IMG/VR virus record: IMGVR_UViG_3300012665_000704
Location: 9,470 to 73,469 of that record
DNA length: 64,000 bases
Source of the DNA: a virus
Lineage: Duplodnaviria; Caudoviricetes
Strand: one strand, 5' to 3'
Shown here: piece by piece, positions 52,244-61,700 of the stretch
Layout: every line of letters starts with the position of its first letter
Position numbering within the stretch: position 1 is the first letter of the stretch
Position numbers and translations under genes: made by a program
Notes under the pieces: generated by a model
The model's database searches: none
Told to the model about the DNA's origin: nothing
Seen by the model: only the letters and a program-made list of their open reading frames with translations

Positions 52244-54126
52244 GAATACCACAAGAAATAATGGCACGGCAAATGTTTATTGCTTTTCCAGAACTTGAAA
52301 AACATGCTGATCAAATGCATTTTATTGATGCAACTATTAATCAAAGAGAAGTATTTTTAACTAGAGATACGATTAGTATTGTTGAAGAAATAACAGAAGC
52401 ATATAAACAAGGTCGTTCTAAGTTTGTTTTTTTTATGTTTACTGAAGCAGTATTGGCACATATAATTTTCAAAATACATAGAATAGCTGAAATATTTAGA
52501 GGAGCTATTCCTTCTGAAAACTTCATATATCTTTCAGGTGCAATAAATGGAGAAGAAGCATACAAAAACTTAGCACAGGAATATAATTTTCCGTGTAGGA
52601 TAACAATATTATCTGCATCAATGTTTCATTTTTATCTAAAAGAAACAATAACAAATTACAATATTGATTATTCAGTTGATGTTAATCCAAAACTTAAAAA
52701 ATTTCTGTGTTTCAATAAAATGGAAAGAGAACAGCGACTACGGTTAATTGAACGCATGTTAGAAAATAAATTTGTAGAATTAGGATACTATTCATTTGAA
52801 TCAGGGGATAGTGAGAACTTTCCTAAGTTTATAGATTCCTTAGTACAAGAAAAGTTTCCTAATATAAAAAAACATAAGGATATGTTTCCGTTACGCTTAA
52901 ATATTAATCCAAATAGAACTAACCCTGTTAATGTTATTCCAGATGATATGGAATATTTTAAAAACAGTTATTTTAGCATTGTAAATGAGACAATATTTTA
53001 TGGAGTATATAGTACTGACGTTAATCCACTATTTCATCAACTTAATGCAGAGTATTCAAGTATATTCATTTCAGAAAAAACATACAAATGTTTGGCAGTA
53101 AAGCATCCTTTTGTTATTTTTGGAAGACCAGGCACCATTAAAGGACTACATAAATTAGGTTTCAAAACATTTAGTCCTTACTTTAATGAATCGTATGATG
53201 ATGTAATAGACGATGATGAAAGATTTGATGCTATCTTTAATGAAATAACCAGATTAATTAATTTAAGTGATGACGAATGGGTAGAGATATTAAAAAATAT
53301 ACAGCCAATTCTTGAACATAATCATTCACTATTTTTTAATAGCACTAGGTTCGGAGTAACTAAAGATGCAGAAAGATTTTTTAAAGACAATAACAAAGAA
53401 CAATCTTTATTATTTGATAAAGTCATACAAAATTGTGACACATTAGAATTAATGCCCTTAGCTGAAAATCCAGATTGGACATTGCAGAATAAAACATTAA
53501 AGAGCGGAATCGAAATACAATTTCCTACTCATTTAGATGGCGGTGGCATTGAAATGGTTGATGATTTAATTAGTGCAATTAAAAAAACAGGAAAACCATT
53601 TTATAACAGAGCATGTGAATGGTGTGCTGGATTTGGGGTATTGGGGTTTGAAGTATTAGGATTGGGTTTAGCAAAACATATCGTATTCACTGATTACTAT
53701 CATGTAGCAATTGATACCTGTTTAGAAAATGCTAGAAAAAATCATCTAATTAATCATGTTTCAGGACATGTATCAGGAACTATTAACGGCATACCTAATA
53801 TAGAAAAATGGGATTTAGTCGTAAGCAATCCTCCGCATGTACATGATAAAGCATATTTTTTAGAAAATATACCGGGTGGTAAAGAGCAACATGCTAATTT
53901 AGATAATACCTGTCGATTAATAGTAGATCAAAATTTTGGAATACATAAAGAATTTTTTAAAAATATAAAAGAAAAGTTAACCACTGACGCAGATGTATAT
54001 CTAATTGAAGCTGTAGTTCTAGACTGTTTCATAGAATGGGCAGAGCAGGGAGGGTTATACCTACATAGTAGACATCCTGTAAGTTTTTTACCACACGGCG
54101 AGATATTGCATTTTAAAGTAAAGTAA
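52240..54126 (+). CDS. Fusion of a 'TEK' GT-B-like domain and a class I SAM-dependent methyltransferase
   Basis: N-part FLCFN...R..R and SIVNET...ISEKTYK....KHPF...G...LHKLGFKTF..YFNESYD; C-part EWCAGFGVLG and DLVVSNPPH. Confidence 0.65.
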   Translation: MRIPQEIMARQMFIAFPELEKHADQMHFIDATINQREVFLTRDTISIVEEITEAYKQGRSKFVFFMFTEAVLAHIIFKIHRIAEIFRGAIPSENFIYLSGAINGEEAYKNLAQEYNFPCRITILSASMFHFYLKETITNYNIDYSVDVNPKLKKFLCFNKMEREQRLRLIERMLENKFVELGYYSFESGDSENFPKFIDSLVQEKFPNIKKHKDMFPLRLNINPNRTNPVNVIPDDMEYFKNSYFSIVNETIFYGVYSTDVNPLFHQLNAEYSSIFISEKTYKCLAVKHPFVIFGRPGTIKGLHKLGFKTFSPYFNESYDDVIDDDERFDAIFNEITRLINLSDDEWVEILKNIQPILEHNHSLFFNSTRFGVTKDAERFFKDNNKEQSLLFDKVIQNCDTLELMPLAENPDWTLQNKTLKSGIEIQFPTHLDGGGIEMVDDLISAIKKTGKPFYNRACEWCAGFGVLGFEVLGLGLAKHIVFTDYYHVAIDTCLENARKNHLINHVSGHVSGTINGIPNIEKWDLVVSNPPHVHDKAYFLENIPGGKEQHANLDNTCRLIVDQNFGIHKEFFKNIKEKLTTDADVYLIEAVVLDCFIEWAEQGGLYLHSRHPVSFLPHGEILHFKVK

Positions 54127-54154
54127 AGTAAATTATTGGGTAATATCTTATATT

Positions 54155-54162
54155 ATTAAATA
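54155..54162 (+). promoter_or_regulatory. T4-late-like promoter motif
   Basis: ATTAAATA, 4 nt before the ATG at 54167, no SD. Confidence 0.5.
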
Positions 54163-54166
54163 CAGT

Positions 54167-56419
54167 ATGGACTTTACACTAAGACACCTAGCTGTTGATA
54201 AGCTAGAAGCAAAAGAAAAACCAACTGAGGATATCGCTGACGCTCGCCATCGTAGTATGATGGAAGCTATTGCGCCATATGCAAAAACAACAGTTCAAAA
54301 GAATTTAACTCCCATATATGTAGATTACAAAACACGTAATACCAAATTAGTTCTAGTACTATGTCCTGAATGGAGTCCCTACATGCCACCCTTTAGTCTA
54401 GCAAGATTAAGTGGTGTTGCTAAGAGTGCAGGGTATGAAACGCACATCATGGATTTAAATGTACGTGCTTATAATGAATACAAAAATGATTGGAGACCTA
54501 ATCAAAAATTACCATTTAGATTATGGGATCCCAGTTCTAGTTGGCATTGGTTGGGTGATACATATCTTAACGATATTCATCCTGTATTAGAACCTATTCT
54601 TAGTAAAGCAGTAGATGATATTGTTGCATTAAATCCAGAAGTAGTTGGATTTAGCATATATTATATTAGTGAAGAACCTAGTAAATGGATGTGCCGTGAA
54701 TTGAAGCGCAGACTACCTAATGTAAAGATTGCAGTAGGTGGTCCTAACGTACATAAGTCATGGTTTAAAATTGAAGATTACTATGACTATGTTGTTGTGG
54801 GTGAAGGTGAAGCTAATCTACTTGTCTTGTTAGATGAAGTAGAAAATAAAATTGGGAATGATGCCCCAAAAATATTAAATCAACCAGAAGAAGAACGCAT
54901 TAATATCAATGGCTTACCTATGCCAGATTATGAATCTATTGATTTTAGTCAATATGAATTACCCAATGGGGTTAACACTGAAATTAGTAGAGGCTGCACA
55001 GCTAAGTGTACTTTTTGTGAAGAAACACATTTTTGGAAATATCGTCAGCGCCAATCAGTTGATTTAATTTCTGAAATCGAATGGTTGTACTATAATAAAG
55101 GTACGGATGTTATTTGGTTCATTGATAGTTTAGTGAATGGAAATTTAAAAGAACTACGTGCATTTGTTAAAGGTGTAGCTGCTAAAGGATTAGAGATTAA
55201 ATGGACCGGCTATGCACGTTGCGATGGTCGCATGGATTTAGAATACTTTAAAGACCTTAAAGCAGGTGGTTGCATTATGTTTAATTATGGCATTGAGTCA
55301 GGTAGCCAAAAAGTACTAGATGATATGGCTAAAGGAGTAACTATTGCTGAAATGGAACAAAACTTTCGTGATGGTAAAGAAGTAGGTATATGGGCCGCTA
55401 CAAACTGGATTGTAGGTTTCCCCACAGAAGATTATCAAGACTACGCTGATAGTATAACGTTATTGTGGCGTATGCGTAATATGAATATTAATAATGCAGG
55501 TCTAGGTGTAGGCTATGGATTAGGGCCAGAAACAATTGTAGGACAGAATCCGCATAAATTCAACATTAGTTGGCACAAGTATCAAGGTCATTGGATTACT
55601 AATGATTTTAAAATAGGTGGCACACATGTTATGACACGTGTAAAAACATTCCACATGTTTGCTGATTTTTTACAAGGATGTAGTGATGTTCCTATTGGAT
55701 ATCCTGTTAGAGTTAATTTAGCAAAAGAACACTATAAAATAAAATTAAATAACCCAACTTGTATTAAAGAAATCGAATATGAAAAGTTCGATTACAATAT
55801 AATTAAAGCAAACATTAATCCATTTGCTGATTCACTAGTAAATGAAATGTGGCCATTCTTTAGAATGTTATGGAAAACTCGCGGTGGATATGAAGCTGAA
55901 GTTTATTTTAATCCTGAGATTGATTTAAAAGAATTTGGAACTCAGTTTGGCCCGGGAATGTATAACGCTGTTTATAAGTTTAAGATTACTGATGATGGTA
56001 AGTGGGAAGCAGATTTTGATATTAAATTTGATCAAATAGATAATCCTTTTGATGATAGATTGCCTCCCCCAGAAGGACGCAAAGGCCCGTTCTATGCACA
56101 AGACTATAGCAGATTGCAAAGTAACACAACCAAACGTGCTAGAAAATTAGCAAAGCCTACGTGGAGCACTGAAGAAGGTCGCAGTGGGCAAGATTTTACT
56201 GATTTATTAAATGAAGAAAAATTATTAAATGAAACAATAGACTTTACATTCAAACTACATTGGATTGAATCAGGTGACTGGGGCAATTATGCTGATTATG
56301 AAATTAAGGTCTCTGATACTAAACGTGATATTATTCCTGAAAAAGAAGTAATGCATGTTCCTGAAGTAACTACTATTGATGTTTCACAAATTAAACGTAG
56401 ACCGGTATTTCCTATATGA
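54167..56419 (+). CDS. Cobalamin-binding radical SAM protein
   Basis: PPFSLARL, DLN, VVGFS, VGGP, VVGEGE, SRGCTAKCTFC, GIESGSQKVL and VGFPTE. Confidence 0.88.
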   Translation: MDFTLRHLAVDKLEAKEKPTEDIADARHRSMMEAIAPYAKTTVQKNLTPIYVDYKTRNTKLVLVLCPEWSPYMPPFSLARLSGVAKSAGYETHIMDLNVRAYNEYKNDWRPNQKLPFRLWDPSSSWHWLGDTYLNDIHPVLEPILSKAVDDIVALNPEVVGFSIYYISEEPSKWMCRELKRRLPNVKIAVGGPNVHKSWFKIEDYYDYVVVGEGEANLLVLLDEVENKIGNDAPKILNQPEEERININGLPMPDYESIDFSQYELPNGVNTEISRGCTAKCTFCEETHFWKYRQRQSVDLISEIEWLYYNKGTDVIWFIDSLVNGNLKELRAFVKGVAAKGLEIKWTGYARCDGRMDLEYFKDLKAGGCIMFNYGIESGSQKVLDDMAKGVTIAEMEQNFRDGKEVGIWAATNWIVGFPTEDYQDYADSITLLWRMRNMNINNAGLGVGYGLGPETIVGQNPHKFNISWHKYQGHWITNDFKIGGTHVMTRVKTFHMFADFLQGCSDVPIGYPVRVNLAKEHYKIKLNNPTCIKEIEYEKFDYNIIKANINPFADSLVNEMWPFFRMLWKTRGGYEAEVYFNPEIDLKEFGTQFGPGMYNAVYKFKITDDGKWEADFDIKFDQIDNPFDDRLPPPEGRKGPFYAQDYSRLQSNTTKRARKLAKPTWSTEEGRSGQDFTDLLNEEKLLNETIDFTFKLHWIESGDWGNYADYEIKVSDTKRDIIPEKEVMHVPEVTTIDVSQIKRRPVFPI

Positions 56420-57183
56420 CAAATAAAGAAAAAATTATGTTGGTTGCTGGATGCAGCCACACCTCAGGATCAGAGATAAACGGTCTAGAAGATAGTGTAT
56501 ACAATAGACAGAAATCTTATGGCAATCAATTAGCATATATGATGGGTTACACACCTATTAATATAGCAGAACCCGGCTCTACAAACCCTACAATTGCCCG
56601 TAGTATATTACAATGGTTTAGTGAAAAATACAATCCTTTTAGTATGGAAGTATATGTAGTAGTAGGGTGGACAGAAAGTACACGTATGGAAGTTCCATTT
56701 CATCGTCCGTGTCATTATAATCATCATTGTCCATTTGGTGATTATTATGCAAGTACTAGCACAAACTTTCTACGTGTTAATATGGGATGGACCGGTAGCG
56801 ATAACGAAGAAAAACAATTGATACCTGACTATCATAGATTTATGGCACAAAATGAAAAATATTTAGAAATTGTTAGTGCCAATGCAATACTACAAATTCA
56901 ATATTTTTTACAATCAAAGGATGTTGATTATATAATGTGCAATGTCATGCATATGTTTACTGAAAAAGATAAACATACAAAATTCTACACGGATCAAATA
57001 GATACATCTAAATACTTCAACATGCTGGATAATGATCAATCTTTTTATCCCAAATATAAAAATTTAGGTTACACTAATCCCAAAGCCAAATATTGGCATC
57101 ACAATGAAATTCCACACGCATTACATGCAGAAGAATTATACAAATTTATAGAGAGTGAAAATGTTTTTAATCAGATGGTTTAA
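56416..57183 (+). CDS. SGNH/GDSL-like protein
   Basis: AGCSHTSG, NIAEPGSTN, VVGWT...R.E and C-terminal YWHHNE..H. Confidence 0.5.
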   Translation: MTNKEKIMLVAGCSHTSGSEINGLEDSVYNRQKSYGNQLAYMMGYTPINIAEPGSTNPTIARSILQWFSEKYNPFSMEVYVVVGWTESTRMEVPFHRPCHYNHHCPFGDYYASTSTNFLRVNMGWTGSDNEEKQLIPDYHRFMAQNEKYLEIVSANAILQIQYFLQSKDVDYIMCNVMHMFTEKDKHTKFYTDQIDTSKYFNMLDNDQSFYPKYKNLGYTNPKAKYWHHNEIPHALHAEELYKFIESENVFNQMV

Positions 57184-57259
57184 AAATTTAGTCAGAGAAT
57201 ACAAATATCGTAAGCGTATCAAAGAATTGCGAAAGCGTGATCCGTTCATTTATAAGTAA
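57161..57259 (+). CDS. Small basic peptide (32 aa) ending DPFIYK, missing from the ORF track
   Basis: MFLIRWFKNLVREYKYRKRIKELRKRDPFIYK*. GAGAG upstream; fills the gap before the carbamoyltransferase. Confidence 0.7.
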   Translation: MFLIRWFKNLVREYKYRKRIKELRKRDPFIYK

Positions 57260-57262
57260 TCT

Positions 57263-58762
57263 ATGGAATATATAGGAATTAGCGCAGGTTTCCATGATGC
57301 CGCTATGGCAGTTGTTAATGACCACGGAGACATTTTATTTGCAAGCCACAGTGAACGTTATTGCGGAGATAAACACACTAAACATCTAAACATGTCAATT
57401 GTTAAAGATGCATTAACTCATGTAAAAGACAGACAAAACACAGAGATTCATTATTATGAACGTCCGTGGATGAAGTATCTACGTCAACTACGTGCAGGTG
57501 AACCTACAAGTATTGCTAATATATCTGCAAAAAATATTATTGGTGAAGGCTTATTATATCAGTTACAAGATGGTCGTGGTGGCAAAGTTTACACACACAA
57601 TCATCATTTGAGTCATGCGGCTGCTGGTTTTCAAACAAGTCCATTTAATGATGCTACTGTAGTGGTAGTTGATGCTATCGGTGAGTTTGATACTATTACT
57701 ATTTGGGATGCATGGTACGATAAAGATGGTATAGCCCGTTACAAAAAGATTTATAGTAAAAAGTATCCCAACTCAGTTGGATTATTTTATAGTGCAATGA
57801 CAGACAAAGTTGGCCTGCGTCCTATGGATGAAGAATACATTCTCATGGGCATGGCAGCGTATGGCAAGCCTAAATATACACAAGAAATGATGGATGAATA
57901 TATTCACAGTCTCGAAGATTTTGAATTCAAACAGAATCTTCATATAGGTGCAAGTCCTAATTTCTTACCTGATGCCAATGATATGGATATCGCCTGTTCT
58001 GCACAACATATTGTAGAATACTTTGTTAAGCAAATCATGAGTAAAGCTAGATTGATAGGTAAGAGTCGTAACTTAGTATACGGAGGTGGTGTAGCACTTA
58101 ATTGTTTAGCTAATAGATTGTTAGGAGATTATTTTGAGAATATTTGGATTATGCCTAATCCTGGCGACGCCGGCAGTAGTCTCGGGGCTTGCGCTCTTGG
58201 CTATGGGAGAAAACTTAACTGGACTAATGCTTATCTCGGTCATAATATACACGGTGATTATCCTGTTAATAGGTTGCTTGATGAATTACTTACTAGCAAG
58301 ATTGTGGGAGTGGCTTCCGGGAGAGCGGAATTTGGCCCGCGTGCCTTGGGTAACCGTTCGCTCTTGGCGGATCCAAGAGGAAATGAAATCAAGGAAAAAG
58401 TAAATGAAATTAAACGCAGACAACAATTTAGACCCTTTGCGCCAGTTATTTTGGAGGAACTGGCTGATATGTACTTTGATATGCCTAACGGCTGGAGTAA
58501 TAACAGGTATATGCAGTCAGTCGCTCGTTGCAGGGTTCCTGAGTTATTTCCTGCTATCGTTCATCATGATGGTACTAGTCGTGTACAAACTGTTCCAAAA
58601 GATGGATCAGGTATAAGAGAATTACTAGAAAAATGGTATGTACTAACCGGCTGCCCTATGCTATTAAACACTAGTCTAAACATTCGTGGGGAACCAATGG
58701 TTAATAATAGAGAAGATGCGGATCGATTTGAAAAACTGTATGGCATAAAAGTATTGTCATAA
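57263..58762 (+). CDS. Carbamoyltransferase, NodU/CmcH/TobZ family
   Basis: GFHDAA, SERY, HHLSHAA, DAIGE, EYILMGMAAYG, GGVALNC, GDAGSSLG, EFGPRALGNRSLLADP, FRPFAP, DGTSRVQTV and LNTSLN. Confidence 0.93.
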   Translation: MEYIGISAGFHDAAMAVVNDHGDILFASHSERYCGDKHTKHLNMSIVKDALTHVKDRQNTEIHYYERPWMKYLRQLRAGEPTSIANISAKNIIGEGLLYQLQDGRGGKVYTHNHHLSHAAAGFQTSPFNDATVVVVDAIGEFDTITIWDAWYDKDGIARYKKIYSKKYPNSVGLFYSAMTDKVGLRPMDEEYILMGMAAYGKPKYTQEMMDEYIHSLEDFEFKQNLHIGASPNFLPDANDMDIACSAQHIVEYFVKQIMSKARLIGKSRNLVYGGGVALNCLANRLLGDYFENIWIMPNPGDAGSSLGACALGYGRKLNWTNAYLGHNIHGDYPVNRLLDELLTSKIVGVASGRAEFGPRALGNRSLLADPRGNEIKEKVNEIKRRQQFRPFAPVILEELADMYFDMPNGWSNNRYMQSVARCRVPELFPAIVHHDGTSRVQTVPKDGSGIRELLEKWYVLTGCPMLLNTSLNIRGEPMVNNREDADRFEKLYGIKVLS

Positions 58763-58765
58763 GTA
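58758..58765 (+). promoter_or_regulatory. T4-late-like promoter motif (variant)
   Basis: CATAAGTA, 5 nt before the ATG at 58771, overlapping the upstream stop, no SD. Confidence 0.4.
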
Positions 58766-58770
58766 GATAC

Positions 58771-61700
58771 ATGCTAAGAGATGTATTTTATTACGGTAAA
58801 AAACCTAACGTTCACCCAAAAGAAAAATTCGCAACTTCATTAGAAGATGCAAGAAAGCAATCCACTACAGAACATTTTTGGATAATCAATGAATATTGTG
58901 ATTATCGAGGCTTTGATTGGGATTTTGATTTTGAATTCTTACCTGATGAAGATGTATGGGCAGAAGAACACATAAATGTTTGGCCAAGTCAACATCAAAA
59001 AGATAGCGGCACTTGGCTGTGCAATACAGATAATGATGAACCTCTAATAATCTATCGTGCAGATGTTGATGTAGTTAAACGCAAAAACATTAAATCAGAG
59101 TACTGGGTAGAGTTAGATACTGTTGATAGTAATAAGTTTGATTTTAGTTGGCATCCAGACCCAACTGATCCTCCGTATGTTTATAAGTGGGGTAGCAAGT
59201 TTGCACCTGTACAACTTAAAACTTGTTTAGAATACCATACACCGGGTGCGACACAAATCAAATACATGGATCAGATTGTTGAATTACTACCAACTGATAA
59301 CTGGGTAGAAGTTCAACAGATAGATAAAGATAAATTTGACATGTCATGGAGACCTGATCCAATGGATCCTCCTATGATATATGTATGGGGTAATAAATAT
59401 TTCCCAGCAGAAACATCACCTACATTAGAATATCATGTACCCGGTGGTACTGAACGAAAGTTCATGCCAGAGAAGTTAGTACTACTAACTAACATGAATA
59501 ACTGGGAACTATTAGAATCAGTAGACAAAAATAGTTTTGACTTTGCATGGATTCCAGATCCAACTAGCCCTCCATATATCTATGTTTGGGGTAATCAATG
59601 GAATAAACCAGAAGATAAAATATCTATTCAATATATAGTCGAAGGTGCGACAGAATACAAGTACATGGAAGCACGTGCTACACGTAAACCATCTATGGAT
59701 AACTGGATAGTACCTAAAAATATTGATGCAACAACATTTGATTTTAGTTGGGAACCTAGTCCTAAAGAACCGCCGTTTATATACCAGTTCGGTACGCAAC
59801 ATCAAAAAACAGGTGGCCCTCAATATGTAGTTGAAGGTGCAACTGACATTAAGTATGTAGAAGAAAACAGAGCAACAGCTACACTTATATCAATGAAACA
59901 CTGGGAAATTCCAGAAGGGTTAGACATATCTGAGTTTGATTTTACTTGGCACCCTGATGCAACAGAAAAACCCTACATATATGTTTTTGGAACTCAATGG
60001 GCGTTGACCGGTGGCCCTAAATATATTTCGCTTGGTGCAACAGAAGTGAAATATGTGGATTCACCTATAGCAAAGGCTGCACCAAATAGACAACACTGGA
60101 TTATACCTAACGGCATAGCAGTTGAAGAATTTGACTTTAGCTGGCATCCGTATATAGAAGATCAACCTTACATCTATCAATTTGGTACACAGCATCAAAA
60201 GACAGGTGGACCTCAATACATCACTCCCGGTTCAGATGAAATGTCACCTATCAAGTATGTTGACACACGTATTCTAAAGGCAAGACATTTAAAGTCTAAA
60301 GAAAGTTTTTCTATAGTAGGTGATATCAAAATTAAAGATTTTGATTACTCATGGCATCCTGATAGTACTGAACAGCCATTCATATATGTGTTTGGTAATC
60401 AATGGCATCCTGCTGAATTAGAACCTACAATTGAATATAGAGTACCGGGAGCAACCACTAAAAAATATATTAACAATGTTGTAGCAATCGCTGGTGCTGA
60501 CATGAACCTATGGGATGTTCCTGAAGGGTTTAATAAAGATACGTTTGATTTTAGTTGGAGACCTAATCCAACAAGCCCTCCCTACATTTATCAATTTGGT
60601 TCATTGCTTGACAAAGATGATGGGCCTAGATATATAACACCGGAGAACGACGGTGAAGTTGTCTACTTAGAAAGAAAAGAAATTGTAGTTCAACCAACTA
60701 CAATAGAATTTCCTAAATACTACGTTGAAACAACATTGGAAGATTTGATTAAAAAACATCCAAACGAAATCTTCTGGGCACTAAATCCTGAGTTAGATTA
60801 TAGTTCTTTTGACTTTGAGTGGAGACCTACGATTGAGCAAGCACAGTATGTACATGCATTTGGTTCTAGTGAAAGTGAAACTACACAAACCTACTTAGTG
60901 AATAGTAACATGTGGGAAAAAGGTTTCAGAGAACTTAATTGGGTACAAGATGAACAGCTTGATGAACAAACATTATCAAAACTATTTAAGAAACCTGATA
61001 TGTTTTTTGTTGATAGAGGTAACAAAGAAGCACAAGAACGTTTTGATAAACTCAAACAACAGTTCCCTACTATACAAAAAACTAGATATCTGAATACTTG
61101 GGTTGACACAATCAATCGCTGTATCAATCGTGCAACAACCAACCTATGTTGGATACTAAACAGTGAGTTAGATTATAGTAATTTTAATTTTGACTACTAC
61201 CCTAACCCTTGGCAAATGAAAATGATACAAGTGTTTGGTACGCAATGGAGTCATTGGGGAACAACCTTCATGGTCAATCGTGACACGTTTGCTAATGATA
61301 CGAAATATGTTAAAGTCATTGAACACTTAAACAATCTTAACTTTGTAAAAGACCGTAGAGCAATTTCAACAAATGTATTGTATGATAAAATATATATTGA
61401 CCACGGAAACAAACCTATTCCTGCTGACGCATTAGTGATTCAGTATGAAGAAAGTTATTTAAATACTTTTAAGAAATTGTTAGACAAGTTGCCTGAAAAG
61501 AAAGAACACTTTGTTTGGGTTACTAGTTCAATATGCGACTACACTGGATTTGATTTTACTTATATTTGTGATCCATTTGCACGTGAACAACTTCATGTAT
61601 TTCCTAGCGACAAGCAGAAATTTGGAGATACATTTTTAATAAATGTTAATAAATTACGTGAGTTGATTTCTGAAATGAATGTATTAGAAGATTACAACAA

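Noticed and set aside
59130-60650. CRISPR array or diversity-generating retroelement repeats
   Set aside because: The repeats are degenerate, in-frame protein repeats with no identical DNA repeat-spacer pattern, no adenine-specific variation and no cas or reverse transcriptase gene.
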